Below are positions 10,069-20,336 of a stretch of 64,000 nucleotides of DNA, in pieces. Positions within the stretch are counted from its first letter, which is position 1, and each line of letters begins with the position of its first letter. A program made the position numbers and the translations under genes. The notes under the pieces are model-generated. The model had not been told where the DNA came from. It saw nothing but the letters and a program-made list of their open reading frames with translations, and searched no databases. The stretch is from an uncultured Verrucomicrobiae bacterium (GTDB lineage Bacteria > Verrucomicrobiota > Verrucomicrobiia > Chthoniobacterales > JAFAMB01): the NCBI GenBank assembly GCA_963837955.1, contig CAWIPH010000002.1, forward strand, positions 2,368,001-2,432,000, in the 5' to 3' direction.

Positions 10069-10314
10069 AGGAACACCCTTGACATCGCTACATTTTTTGA
10101 GGCTACAAGTCCAACGAATTACCGACCCATCGCCATTTTCAACATCAGCGTCATGCTGCGATTGTCCACATCAAGTATCGCTATTGCGAAAGTATCTGGT
10201 CGCCAAAGCGACCAAGATGAGAAAATCAGCTGTGCCAGAAGCGCGAAGTAGCTGTGGTTTCTCCGCTCGACCGATTGAATCTGAGAATGAGCATTATATT
10301 TCTGCGAAACCGCC

Positions 10315-10821
10315 ATGCGCTTGACGACCGCTGCCGACGCCGGGCAATCTGATGCAGTGAACGGACACACGCGTATGCAGGTGCGGATCGCTCGAACGGT
10401 GCTGATGGCGTTCGGCCTATTCTGCGCAATCGGTGCACTGGGTGAAACGCCTTGTTTTCGATCAGAAGGGCTCAAGTACGTGGAGACGGTGCATCTAGAT
10501 GTCACCGGGGCCCGAGCGAGCGGAGACTACTTAGTAGATGAATACGGCGAAAACGGTAAACAGTATCGATTTTCGGGAAGCGTGATTCCCACTCCAAAAG
10601 GGAAAAGCGGTGTCTATCTTGCGATTGACTTCAACAAAGAGGATTTAGAGGAGGGGCAGCAGGCTCCGTATCAGCTGCCGCCTGGAACAGAGAAAATAGT
10701 CTGGGTGCTGAGGATCGTGAATCATCACGCTCATTTGTTCATCTCAAAGAACGAGAGATTCTATGACACGGTTCCTGCCCACTATGCGGTGGCGGAAGAT
10801 GAGTACGAGCCGTGCAAGTAG
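10315..10821 (+). CDS. Hypothetical secreted protein (start may be 10375)
   Basis: Signal-peptide-like RIARTVLMAFGLFCAIGALG followed by a beta-rich domain with a Cys at each end. Confidence 0.65.
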   Translation: MRLTTAADAGQSDAVNGHTRMQVRIARTVLMAFGLFCAIGALGETPCFRSEGLKYVETVHLDVTGARASGDYLVDEYGENGKQYRFSGSVIPTPKGKSGVYLAIDFNKEDLEEGQQAPYQLPPGTEKIVWVLRIVNHHAHLFISKNERFYDTVPAHYAVAEDEYEPCK

Positions 10822-10827
10822 ACCTGC

Positions 10828-13125
10828 TCAACGGCTTCGGACATTGGAGCGCTCACGACCGACGAAGTAGAGAAGTGCGCAGATCAGCACGAATGGAATG
10901 AGCGCGAGCAGATCGCTCCACGGTCCGTGAAACAATGGATTGTGGGCCTCCGACCAGTCATTCAGTGCGGCGTCAGTACGATCGAATGCACCGGCCAGAA
11001 ATGCGATGACGATGCCAGCAATCGCGCCACCGGCGATGTAGCCAGAGGAAAGCAGCACGCCCGGACTTTTGTCACTTTCGGCAGCAAGCTGTTCGTCGGT
11101 GAGGTTTCGGAGCCGGCGCCGTCGGGACGCGTCGACCAGCCATCGGATCAGTCCGCCTACGAATATCGGACTGGAGGTAGAGAGCGGCAGGTAGACGCCG
11201 ACCGCAAAAGCCAGCGACGGGATACCGCACATTTCCAGAGTAAGGGAAGTCATGACTCCAAGAAGTACCAATGCCCAGGGAAGCTTCCGATCGAGGACAC
11301 CTTTGATGATGTAGCTAACCAGGGTGGCCTTAGGGGCGTCGAATTTGCGTACCTTCGAACCGTCCGGACGTTCGGTGACTGTTCCGTTGATGCCCGGATC
11401 AACAAACCAAACCGCGTGACCGGACTGATCTACGAGATATTTGCCCGGTGGTCCTCCAGTAATATCGGTCTTGTGCCAGGAGAAGTAGGAGTTGGCGTCG
11501 TCACGTGATTGGGGGCCAAAAATCTTTTCGGTGTGGGTGAGGCGAGAGACGTCAGTCACCAGGCCGGGAGCAACCTTGGCGGCCGGAACGTACACCGTTG
11601 CCGCATTGTTTAGTTGGAGCAGGATCGGCCCCATGATGAGAGCTGACGCGAACGCGCCGAAGAGGATCGCGATTTGTTGAAACTTCGGCGTGCTCCCGAG
11701 CAGAAAACCCGTTTTGAGGTCCTGCGATGTCGTACCACCGTTGGACGCAGCGATACAAACAATCGCGCCGACCGAAAGCGCAGTGACGTAATAGGCGCCC
11801 CCTGTCCAGCCTACGAGCAAGAATATCAGACAGGTGAACAACAATGTCGCTATTGTCATTCCGGAGATTGGATTGGAAGAAGAACCAATCTCACCCGTGA
11901 GTCGGGACGAAACCGTCACGAATAAGAACCCAAAGATTATTATGAGAATGGCGCCGAGCAAATTCATGTTCAGCGCCGGCGTGGCAATGATACCGATGAT
12001 TAAGACGATAATTCCGATCGCGACGAACTTGAGCGAAAGGTCACGATCGGTTCGAGGAACGTCCGTTTCTTTGGTATTCCCGGCGGCGGCGGTGAGACGG
12101 AAATCAGCCAACCCCCCGCGCAGGCCATGCCAGATTGTTGGCAATGATCGCAAAAGGCTGATGATGCCGGCGGCAGCGACTGCTCCCGCACCAATATAGA
12201 GAACATAAGCGCCCCGAATCTGGTTGGGCGACATCTCTGAGATGGGAATCGTACCCGGTGGAACGATGCCGTTGACGTTCTCGCCGAAAAATTTGATCAA
12301 TGGAATAATCAAAAGATAGGCAAGTACCCCGCCGGCGCACATGAGTGAGGCGATCCGAGGGCCGATGATATAGCCAACGCCGAGCAGTTCCGGCGAAATT
12401 TCGATAGAGATCGAACCTGCCTTAAACGGTGCTCCAAAAATCTTTTCCGGTACATCTTTCCAGCCTTTGAGCGCCACCATCAAGATCTTGTAGACCAATC
12501 CGAGACCGAAGCCGCCAAAGATCACTTTAGCACCGGTTGAATTGCCGTGGCCGCCCAAAGAGACGGCGCGCATTTCTTCCTTCGCGGCAGGGGATGCGGC
12601 CTCGCAGCACTCGGGGGACGCGCCCGCCTTAAGCACCGCGGCGCAGGCCGTTCCCTCGGGATACTTCAAAATGTTGTGCTCTTTGACGATGAGCGCTCTC
12701 CGCAGCGGAATCATCATCAGGATGCCAAGCAATCCGCCGAGCACACCGACCATCATGACTCGGGTGATTTCGAGATCGAAACCGAGGATGAGAATGGCCG
12801 GCATGGTAACTCCGACGCCGAAGGCAATCGATTCACCGGCGGATCCTGCGGTCTGAGTAATGTTGTTTTCGAGAACGGTCGAATCGCGCAGACCAAGCTT
12901 GGAAAGTCCTCTGAAGAGAGCAAGAGAGATAACGGCGACCGGTATCGAGGCACTAACGGTCAAACCGACTTTAAGCGTCAGGTAGAGCGAGGATGCTCCG
13001 AAGACCATTCCAAGGAACGTGCCGGTGAGGAGCGCGCGCCAGGTGAACTCGCGCATTCGAGTTTCTGGCGCGATGAACGATTCAGTATTCGCGGATTTTT
13101 GAGAAAGTGGAGCCAGGGACGGCAT
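10828..13125 (-). CDS. OPT-family oligopeptide transporter
   Basis: [65 protein letters not shown]; many TM helices. Confidence 0.93.
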   Translation of the reverse strand: MPSLAPLSQKSANTESFIAPETRMREFTWRALLTGTFLGMVFGASSLYLTLKVGLTVSASIPVAVISLALFRGLSKLGLRDSTVLENNITQTAGSAGESIAFGVGVTMPAILILGFDLEITRVMMVGVLGGLLGILMMIPLRRALIVKEHNILKYPEGTACAAVLKAGASPECCEAASPAAKEEMRAVSLGGHGNSTGAKVIFGGFGLGLVYKILMVALKGWKDVPEKIFGAPFKAGSISIEISPELLGVGYIIGPRIASLMCAGGVLAYLLIIPLIKFFGENVNGIVPPGTIPISEMSPNQIRGAYVLYIGAGAVAAAGIISLLRSLPTIWHGLRGGLADFRLTAAAGNTKETDVPRTDRDLSLKFVAIGIIVLIIGIIATPALNMNLLGAILIIIFGFLFVTVSSRLTGEIGSSSNPISGMTIATLLFTCLIFLLVGWTGGAYYVTALSVGAIVCIAASNGGTTSQDLKTGFLLGSTPKFQQIAILFGAFASALIMGPILLQLNNAATVYVPAAKVAPGLVTDVSRLTHTEKIFGPQSRDDANSYFSWHKTDITGGPPGKYLVDQSGHAVWFVDPGINGTVTERPDGSKVRKFDAPKATLVSYIIKGVLDRKLPWALVLLGVMTSLTLEMCGIPSLAFAVGVYLPLSTSSPIFVGGLIRWLVDASRRRRLRNLTDEQLAAESDKSPGVLLSSGYIAGGAIAGIVIAFLAGAFDRTDAALNDWSEAHNPLFHGPWSDLLALIPFVLICALLYFVGRERSNVRSR

Positions 13126-13342
13126 TCAGAAAATGTTGGCAAGATCTCTCTCCTGCGGCGAGCGAGGAATCAAGCCTTTCTTGCTTTGAAGTTTACGAAA
13201 CAAATTGGACCGGACACATTCGACGCTTTCCATCTCTCGTTCGCGTTTTGAAAGAGCGTTTGTATTTGATTGCGGCTTGCCGGGTGGGAATCTATCTTGG
13301 CGTTTCATTCGTTGAGTAATTTCAAAGTGTCTATCTGGCCTT

Positions 13343-14890
13343 ATGAAACTCCTTGCTGTTCATCCGAGCTGTTTAATGTACTCAAAGATCTACCTTCGCC
13401 TGGAACCGCTCGGGCTTGAGCTGGTGGCAGCCGCCGCTCGGAAAGAAGGTCACGACGTCCAGATTATTGATCTGCAATCGGAAACCCAGCGGGATTATTT
13501 CCGCATCATTGATCGATGGCAGCCGGACGCGGTCGCTTATTCCTGCAATTACTTGGCAAATGTCCCTGAAATCATCGATTTAGCGAAAGAGACTCGGAGA
13601 CGACTTCCAGACAGCTTGATAATGGTTGGTGGGCACAGTGCTTCTTTTACCGCAAAGGAAATACTCGAGCATGCCGATGGGGCATTGGATTGCGTTCTAA
13701 AAGGAGAAGGAGAACCGGTGATCAGGGACGTCTTGTTAGCTGCTGAAAGCGATCGCAAATCGCTCCACAAGGTGCCAGGGGTAATGAGCCTCGAAGGGGA
13801 GGGACCGCGTCCGCGATTCGTAACGAGCCTCGACGATCTGCTACCGGCTCGAGATCTGTTGCGCCACCGCCGCCGATATTTTATCGGAGTTCTCGATCCC
13901 TGTGCTTCGATTGAATTTAGCCGGGGTTGCCCGTGGGATTGTGTCTTTTGTAGCGCTTGGACGTTCTACGGCCGGAGCTACCGTACCAAATCACCGGATT
14001 GTGTGATTGAAGAGCTGGCTACTATCCGCGAGCCGGGCGTTTTTCTCTTAGACGACGTGGCATTTATCCAGGCGGAACACGGGATGCAAATCGGTGAATT
14101 GATTGCGCGTAAAGGAATTCGCAAAAAGTATTACCTGGAGACGCGTGGAGACATTTTGTTGCGCAATAAGGAGGTTTTCCGGTTTTGGCGCGATATTGGG
14201 CTGGAGTACATGTTTCTGGGGATCGAGGCGATCGATGAAGAGGGCCTCAAACAATTCAGGAAGCGCGTTTCGCTCTCGAAGAATTTCGAGTCCCTGGAGT
14301 TTGCCCGATCGCTTGGCGTAACGGTCGCAATTAACATCATCGCGGACCCGTCTTGGGATCGCGAACGATTTCGGGTTATTCGCGAATGGTGCATGGAGAT
14401 TCCTGAGATCGTTAATATCAGCGTCAACACGCCTTATCCCGGAACCGAAAGTTGGCGAACTGAGTCACGCAATTTAAGTACCCGGGATTATCGGCTGTTT
14501 GACATTCAACACGCTGTTTTGCCAACCAAGCTCACCTTGGCCGAGTTTTACCACGAGTTGGTCGAAACCCAGCGGGTCTTGAGCATGAAACATCTCGGGT
14601 TCGCCGCGCTTCGCGAAACCGCTGGACTAGCCGCCGGTCGCCTGATTCGTGGTCAGACGAATTTCGTGCAAATGCTCTGGAAGTTTAATAGCGTTTATGA
14701 TCCAAAGCTTCAAATCGCCGACCACGGTCAGCCGGTGAAATATGAAATTTCTTTGCCGCCGGCGCGATCAGAACATCTCGACCGGCAATCGATGTATATC
14801 CACTCCGCTCGGGGACGAAGCGGTCGCGAGATTGATCATGCGACCGAGGAATTCGTGGAGACCACTCGGATGGGAGCTGCCGAGAAATAA
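13343..14890 (+). CDS. hpnR: Hopanoid C-3 methylase, B12-binding radical SAM
   Basis: N-terminus LAVHPSCLMYSKIYLRLEPLGLELVA, NYLANVPEI, CPWDCVFCSAWTFYGRSYR, DYRLFDIQHAVLPT, as recalled for HpnR. Confidence 0.85.
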   Translation: MKLLAVHPSCLMYSKIYLRLEPLGLELVAAAARKEGHDVQIIDLQSETQRDYFRIIDRWQPDAVAYSCNYLANVPEIIDLAKETRRRLPDSLIMVGGHSASFTAKEILEHADGALDCVLKGEGEPVIRDVLLAAESDRKSLHKVPGVMSLEGEGPRPRFVTSLDDLLPARDLLRHRRRYFIGVLDPCASIEFSRGCPWDCVFCSAWTFYGRSYRTKSPDCVIEELATIREPGVFLLDDVAFIQAEHGMQIGELIARKGIRKKYYLETRGDILLRNKEVFRFWRDIGLEYMFLGIEAIDEEGLKQFRKRVSLSKNFESLEFARSLGVTVAINIIADPSWDRERFRVIREWCMEIPEIVNISVNTPYPGTESWRTESRNLSTRDYRLFDIQHAVLPTKLTLAEFYHELVETQRVLSMKHLGFAALRETAGLAAGRLIRGQTNFVQMLWKFNSVYDPKLQIADHGQPVKYEISLPPARSEHLDRQSMYIHSARGRSGREIDHATEEFVETTRMGAAEK

Positions 14891-14946
14891 AATCACCACA
14901 CGGTTTGTCCAGGGTCGCTAACGAGCGAATGCGGTGAATTTATTTT

Positions 14947-15543
14947 CTAGAAGAAGCTCAGACGATTGAGGCCGTTTTGGAGTTCCACGTCTACCGGTGC
15001 TGATTCGGTATCACTCAGAAGGAAGACCAGTCGCATCAGGCTCGCGTCCGCTGGGACCTTTAGTGGATGTGGGATTTCGTTGTCGACAATCCACTCGCTG
15101 CGATCAGACAGGTGATAAAGGACGAAAACGTGGCTCCCCTCGGCTTCGCTGCCGCGGATATGCCATCGATAAAAAATCAATCGTCCGTGGATCCCGTGAG
15201 CTGCGAGCCTGGAGGAAAGGGCCAACGCATAGTTCATACATTCACCGTCCTTTCCCTTGCCGTGGAGACTGGGATCACTGGCCAGCTGATAATGCAGAGG
15301 TTCGCTAGGGGAAGAGGCACTAACTGGAAGATAGGGAGCCAGGAAAACCAGCAGCGCAACGGGAACTCGCCGGTTCTTCCTTCGGCTGTCAGATCGCGTC
15401 AACTGAAGCGGACGATCGCAACCCCGGAACCGAGCTTTCTGATAAAGATCGGACAAACTTCGCTGCAGTGTTTTGAGCACAGCTTCGAGAACCACCGTTC
15501 CTCGTTTTCGAAAACTGCACCCTAAGCTGATTACATACCCCAT
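14947..15543 (-). CDS. Hypothetical protein, possible transglutaminase/papain-like fold; true start probably downstream
   Basis: Hydrophobic signal-like segment followed by GECMNYA...SHVFVLY...WIVDN. Confidence 0.55.
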   Translation of the reverse strand: MGYVISLGCSFRKRGTVVLEAVLKTLQRSLSDLYQKARFRGCDRPLQLTRSDSRRKNRRVPVALLVFLAPYLPVSASSPSEPLHYQLASDPSLHGKGKDGECMNYALALSSRLAAHGIHGRLIFYRWHIRGSEAEGSHVFVLYHLSDRSEWIVDNEIPHPLKVPADASLMRLVFLLSDTESAPVDVELQNGLNRLSFF

Positions 15544-15668
15544 ATAGGGGACTTTTGAGAGAGCAGGTAACGTGCCACATATGATGAGTGGAAGCCTGTT
15601 GGCAGAAAAACCTGGAAAAATTCGGCGATCCGACGGTGATGCCGGCCTATTAGCGGCCGACCCGCTGC

Positions 15669-15860
15669 CTAAAAGACAAGCCGGCCCGTGACTGAAACTA
15701 AGAAGCCGATCGCAGATAAGAAACCCGCCATTAAGGCCAGATCGAGCAGCGTTTCAACGAAAAGCTTCGTCGGATCAGGTCTTTTCCGACCTATTATAGA
15801 GATCTTCTGGCGATTCATTGATGGCGCTGCTTGTTCCGGTTTCCACGGAAGCTCTGTCAC
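15669..15860 (-). CDS. Small hypothetical membrane protein
   Basis: Basic N-terminus and one C-terminal hydrophobic helix (LLDLALMAGFLSAIGFLVSV). Confidence 0.4.
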   Translation of the reverse strand: MTELPWKPEQAAPSMNRQKISIIGRKRPDPTKLFVETLLDLALMAGFLSAIGFLVSVTGRLVF

Positions 15861-16016
15861 TTCTTAAGCACCGATCATGCCAGCGCATTTTTTGACGAGA
15901 CTCGGTGTTTTTCCCCTGGGACAGCGGCACTATTATTCTAGAGATACGCTCCCGAATGCGGGAATTGCGATCTCGCCACCGGAATAAACGGAAATTAGCT
16001 AGCTTTGCCGAATAAC

Positions 16017-16615
16017 CGGTAGGGATGCTCCTGCGCGTCTGGTTCGCGGCCCACGAAGAAGTGCGCCCTCCCGCCTAGAATTGCGCCGCACCCAAAGCGG
16101 AAGGGATCGCGTCCTCGCGATCCGTTTTGGCTTCTCGTTGCAAAGACGGTCCTTGAATAGAAGGCAGCAGCGCAACCAAAATCGTCCTCGATTCCCAGGG
16201 CGGTCCAACGGGTAGACGCGGGGAGGGATTGCGTCCTCGCAATCCGCTGCCTAACCCATGATGCTGACATTTCCGCTCCATCGTCTGGTTTCGTCGCTGG
16301 GTGAAGCAACAACGGCGCGCGAGGACGCGCGCCCTCCCCATCAGGGATAATTCGGCGCCATCGCTAGACGAGCACGAGCTCCGGTTTTGCCCTTCCTCGC
16401 CCCATCGAGGAAGAGCACGAGGACGACGACGAGGACGATTTGGTCCAACGAGGAAACGCGGGGAGGGATTGCGTCCTCGCAATCCGCTGCGTAACCCATG
16501 ATGCCTGACATTTCCGCTCCATCGTCCGGTTTCGGCGCTGGGTGAAGCAACAACGGCGCGCGGGTACGCGCGCCCTCCCCATCGACGCCCCAATCGAGAA
16601 CGAGGACGAGCACGA
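16017..16615. repeat. Mosaic REP cluster incl. two ~140-bp direct repeats (16202-16342, 16442-16583), family B plus GAGGACGA-type repeats
   Basis: GGGAGGGATTGCGTCCTCGCAATCCG...CGGCGCGCGAGGACGCGCGCCCTCCC twice; GAGCACGAGGACGACGACGAGGACGATT at ~16413-16440. Confidence 0.85.
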
Positions 16616-16713
16616 AAGTCCTCGCGAAAACGAGCGAATTGTCAGGGAAGCAGTACACGCTCTTCCCAGACTGCATCGAGAAAAGAAGGTTCTGCTTCAG
16701 AGAACAGCCACTT

Positions 16714-17367
16714 TCATCGGCTCGTGATCTGAAAGTCTTCGATCGTTTCTTTAATCACGGAAACGGCGGTTCGAAAGGTTTTGGGATTCTCGCTTTCGCT
16801 TTCCAAGAAATTCACGAGTGCCGCAAGATCCAGGAGCTTGGCGATTTCTCTCCAATTGTCTACCAGGGTCACCGAATCCGAAACGTAGCCTTCGACAAAT
16901 GCTCTATTGAAGCCACGCGGTGATTCGTTCTCGAACCTCAGAAAATTTCCCAAGTCGACGAGGGGAGAACCGGAAGCAGAAAATTCCCAATCTAAGATCC
17001 CTGCGACATCCCACTTCGCACCGACTCGTCTCATCATGATATTCTTTGGGTTGTAGTCACAGTGAATGAGCCGGGTCGTGTTCGTTACATTTTGGTAGGT
17101 CGCCCGCTTGCTTTGAACGAGGGTCAGCGTGTATTCTTGGAGCGCCTTGCTAAACTCGCCTTGTGGCTTGGCTGAAATTCTTAAGACTAGAGAACTGTCG
17201 TCTTCAAGATGGAGGCGATAGTTAGAGTTTATAAATCCACCCGCGAGCAACGAAATCGTTTTAATTTTTGACGCTACAAGATAGGGATCCACCAACTCGC
17301 GGATCTCATTGATACTCAATGACACAGTAGGCTCCCGCCGGTCGAACTTCTCGTTGTAATCGATCAT
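16714..17367 (-). pseudogene. Aminoglycoside-phosphotransferase/choline-kinase-like protein, apparently with an internal in-frame deletion
   Basis: GGFINSNY..LVLRI N-lobe, HCDYNPKNI and ILDWEF motifs, but only ~35 aa separate them; 217 aa. Confidence 0.6.
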
Positions 17368-17402
17368 GTGGTCCCAAGTATGAAGATGAAGCGGGCCGGT
17401 GA

Positions 17403-17585
17403 CCCGCAACCAAAATCGTCCTCGTCGTGGTGCTCGTCCTCGAGGTATTGCATTGACGCATTCACCAGAGTTCAGTCCCACTCAGAAGTTCCAATTTTCC
17501 GGTTTCCTTATCTAATTCCTTATCATCGGCGCTTAAAATCGAGGACGAGCACGAGCACGACGACGAGGACGATTTTGGTTGCGGG
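17403..17585. repeat. Inverted pair of GAGGACGA-type repeats
   Basis: CCCGCAACCAAAATCGTCCTCGTCGTGGTGCTCGTCCTCGA vs TCGAGGACGAGCACGAGCACGACGACGAGGACGATTTTGGTTGCGGG. Confidence 0.85.
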
Positions 17586-17600
17586 AGGGCTAGCGGATAT

Positions 17601-17957
17601 TTAAGCGGTAATCATTTCGCGGATCGTAGCCCGACGAGCAACCCTTTGACCGGCGCAGGCATAGTGAGAAGGGAGTTCCTCGATGCGGTCAGTCTCAGAT
17701 CCACCGTCGCTGCTGCGGCGCACAGTGAAACGGAGGATGACCACGTTCGTCCGCACGCGAAAGAACGAGAAAGATGCGCTTTCTTGGCCAAGTATTGCTT
17801 CCAATCGAAGGATGAACCGCTCGCTGAGAGGTGCGTTTGGTTTCAGGGTTAAACCAACTTGGAAATCGGTTCCAACACCTTCGGAAATCTCGATCCGATC
17901 CACGAGTTGCTCGGTCCGGAAGACTTCTAAACGATGCTCAAGTTCGGATCTAGTCAT
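17601..17957 (-). CDS. Hypothetical protein
   Basis: 118-aa ORF from ATG 17957; upstream reverse strand has TTGACT-N17-TAACAC/TATCAT-like promoter boxes. Confidence 0.55.
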   Translation of the reverse strand: MTRSELEHRLEVFRTEQLVDRIEISEGVGTDFQVGLTLKPNAPLSERFILRLEAILGQESASFSFFRVRTNVVILRFTVRRSSDGGSETDRIEELPSHYACAGQRVARRATIREMITA

Positions 17958-18464
17958 ACAAGATAATAGAGTGTTATGATATGACACGACAGAAGTCAAC
18001 ACTTGTGTTGGGACCGGCGCGTTCAGAAATGCCGCAGTGTTTAGTCAAGCCTGTGGCGAGAAGGGGTGTGTAGTCGGGCCAACGTCGCTATACTTGGCGC
18101 GCCTGGCAGTGCGATTGAAGAACACCACATGGCTGGCCGCGACGTAGGCTTTGCGCAGTCGGGCCACTGTTGGGGAAGCCAACAATCGGTCACGCTCAAA
18201 TTATGAGCTTCGCCAATCAGCCTACAATTGCGGCACTTGAGACAAGAAATGGCCAATTTCCAAGACCCTGGTGTAAATCACACCGGGGCAGTGAATTTGC
18301 CTTTATATCTCCGCAGATACCAGGACACCTCGATCCGATGATTATGCTGACTCGAGGGCTTCGCGCTCCCGACTTAACGTTTCTCCCAGGCCGAAAAGAC
18401 CGAGCATCGTTACCGAACTGAGGAGCTGAAGAACAGGCATTTAGCCATACACCAGGGGCAAAGC

Positions 18465-19265
18465 ATGCAGCAAACAACTACAGAACTAGCCGAATCCCTC
18501 CACCAATTCGTAACTATCTGGAAAATGATCGGAAGACCCTTTCCACGGGTTGATCAGACGGATAAACCGGGACTGGCGATAACCTGGCCGGATACGCACT
18601 TTCCTTTCTACAACGCGCTTTTTCTGACCGAACGGCTGACGGATGCACATGTACTACAAAACAGAGTGCAAGAAGCAGCTGCATACATGCGTGCCCGTCC
18701 GAATGGGGGACTATTCGTCATGTGTCTGGATAATGTGGCTGGGGCTGCCAAGGAAGCCTTATCCACGATCGTGGCCCAGGCAAAGTTTGTGCAGGCTATA
18801 CCAATGACCGGCATGGCAGGCGATATCCTCCCGATGGAAGCACCGGGACACCCGGCGCTTCGATTTGAACGAATCCTGGATGACTCAACGATACAGGATT
18901 TCGCACAAATCAATTGTGTTTCGTACGATGTGCCGGTCGAGACGAGCACCTCCCTGGTGAAAGAGCACACGCTTTGGCACGAGCACGCCTATGGATTTGT
19001 GGCGTACGAACGTAACAAGCCAGTGTCAACCGCAACAGCAATCATCAACGAAGGCTGCCTCTTTCTCTTCCTGGTGGCAACGATGCCCGAGGCACGGCGC
19101 AAAGGGTATGGGGAAGCGGTGGTGCGACATGCCCTACAGAGAGCCCACGAAGCGACTGGCATCAGCAGAACCGTGCTACACGCTACAGAGGCCGGATATC
19201 CGCTCTACCTGCGTCTTGGATACCACCCGACTGTGAAGTTCATGGGTTGTATGCTGGGGTCCTGA
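18465..19265 (+). CDS. GNAT-family N-acetyltransferase
   Basis: VATMPEARRKGYGEAVV motif A, LHATEAGYPLYLRLGY motif B. Confidence 0.9.
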   Translation: MQQTTTELAESLHQFVTIWKMIGRPFPRVDQTDKPGLAITWPDTHFPFYNALFLTERLTDAHVLQNRVQEAAAYMRARPNGGLFVMCLDNVAGAAKEALSTIVAQAKFVQAIPMTGMAGDILPMEAPGHPALRFERILDDSTIQDFAQINCVSYDVPVETSTSLVKEHTLWHEHAYGFVAYERNKPVSTATAIINEGCLFLFLVATMPEARRKGYGEAVVRHALQRAHEATGISRTVLHATEAGYPLYLRLGYHPTVKFMGCMLGS

Positions 19266-19434
19266 GCCCGAAACGAGCAAGCCGATTTCTCTCGTATCGT
19301 ATTCGTTCGTTGCGCTCATGTTTAAACTCCGATGAGCCGCGATGAAACGTCGCGACGTGGTGTCCTTCGTTCCTTAGCGCGGAAGCAATATGCCAACCGA
19401 TGAAGCGAGTCCCTCCTAAAATCAGTACGCGCAT
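19240..19434 (-). pseudogene. Truncated NAD-dependent epimerase/dehydratase N-terminus
   Basis: MRVLILGGTRFIGWHIASALRNEGHHVATFHRG Rossmann start; similarity lost after ~35 aa, runs into the GNAT 3' end. Confidence 0.7.
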
Positions 19435-19620
19435 GAAAAGAATCTTGTTCAGCTGTGCCCTAGCACAATATTGTCGGCGACGATGAATCGAAAAGTTTGG
19501 TTCTGGCTCCTTGCCCTCATGGCTGCGGTACTCATCTTGAACTCTTGCGCTAGCGAGGAGGGCGTGGGCCCGGCCGATGGTGAACTGGACAGGAGTCACG
19601 GCGGCCTCTAAAAGGTACGG

Positions 19621-19957
19621 TCCGCCATAGCCCGTCCTCTCAAAGCCAATACCCTGACAAGTTTGGCGACGGCGGACTTGTCCCGCCATAGCCGGTCCCC
19701 TCAAAGCCAATCTGCTAACAAGTCTGGCGGCGGCGGACTTGTCCCGCCATAGCCGGTCCCCTCAAAGCCAATCTGCTAACAAGTCTGGCGGCGGCGGACC
19801 TGTCCGCCATAGCCCTGCCCTCCAAGCCGATCTGCTAACAAGTTTTGGCGTCGGCGGAAGGCTTTAGCGAATGACGTAGCCTTTGCGAAGGCGGACTTGT
19901 CCGCCATAGCCGGTCCCCTCAAAGCCAATCTGCTAACAAGTCTGGCGGCGGCGGAAG
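19621..19957 (+). repeat. Tandem array, 5 copies of ~61-bp REP family C unit
   Basis: TCCGCCATAGCCGGTCCCCTCAAAGCCAATCTGCTAACAAGTCTGGCGGCGGCGGA(CTTG) at 19621, 19681, 19742, 19803, 19900. Confidence 0.92.
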
Positions 19958-20336
19958 ACGTTTGTCGTTTTACTCAAAGATCATGTTAGCAATGTTCCTG
20001 CCTCAATTGCGTCTTCGGCAGCGATCGTAGTGAAGTAGGCTTTAAGGCCACCGGCATTAACTGACCTTGACTAGCGGCCGTCGCACCAAGCCAGAAACTC
20101 AGTTCAGCGCTTTTGGGGCGAACCCGATCGGATCTTGCGATCGAATGTCCAGGCCACCAAAACGATGCCGTTGTTAGCAAAAGTGGTTGCTCCCGTGAAT
20201 TTTGCTCGCTCCTAGCCGAACCAGAGCGCATCCTAAATCCTGGTGGCTATGTAAAACATGGTCGTTGAGCGCTTTGGCTGCTCTTAACGCACACGGCCAT
20301 TCCAGGCCACCGGAAATTTGTTACGATCACGCGACC

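Noticed and set aside
15536..15551. CsoR/RcnR-like operator TACCCCATATAGGGGA
   Set aside because: Imperfect, and no metal-homeostasis genes nearby
15995..16727. Overlapping ORFs with VLVLVLD/SSSSS runs
   Set aside because: Products of GC-rich REP repeats
18041..18464. Possible small gene or ncRNA upstream of the GNAT
   Set aside because: Short ORFs lack motifs and no convincing structure was seen
19621..19957. CRISPR array
   Set aside because: Intervening sequences are near-identical rather than unique spacers; no cas genes or leader
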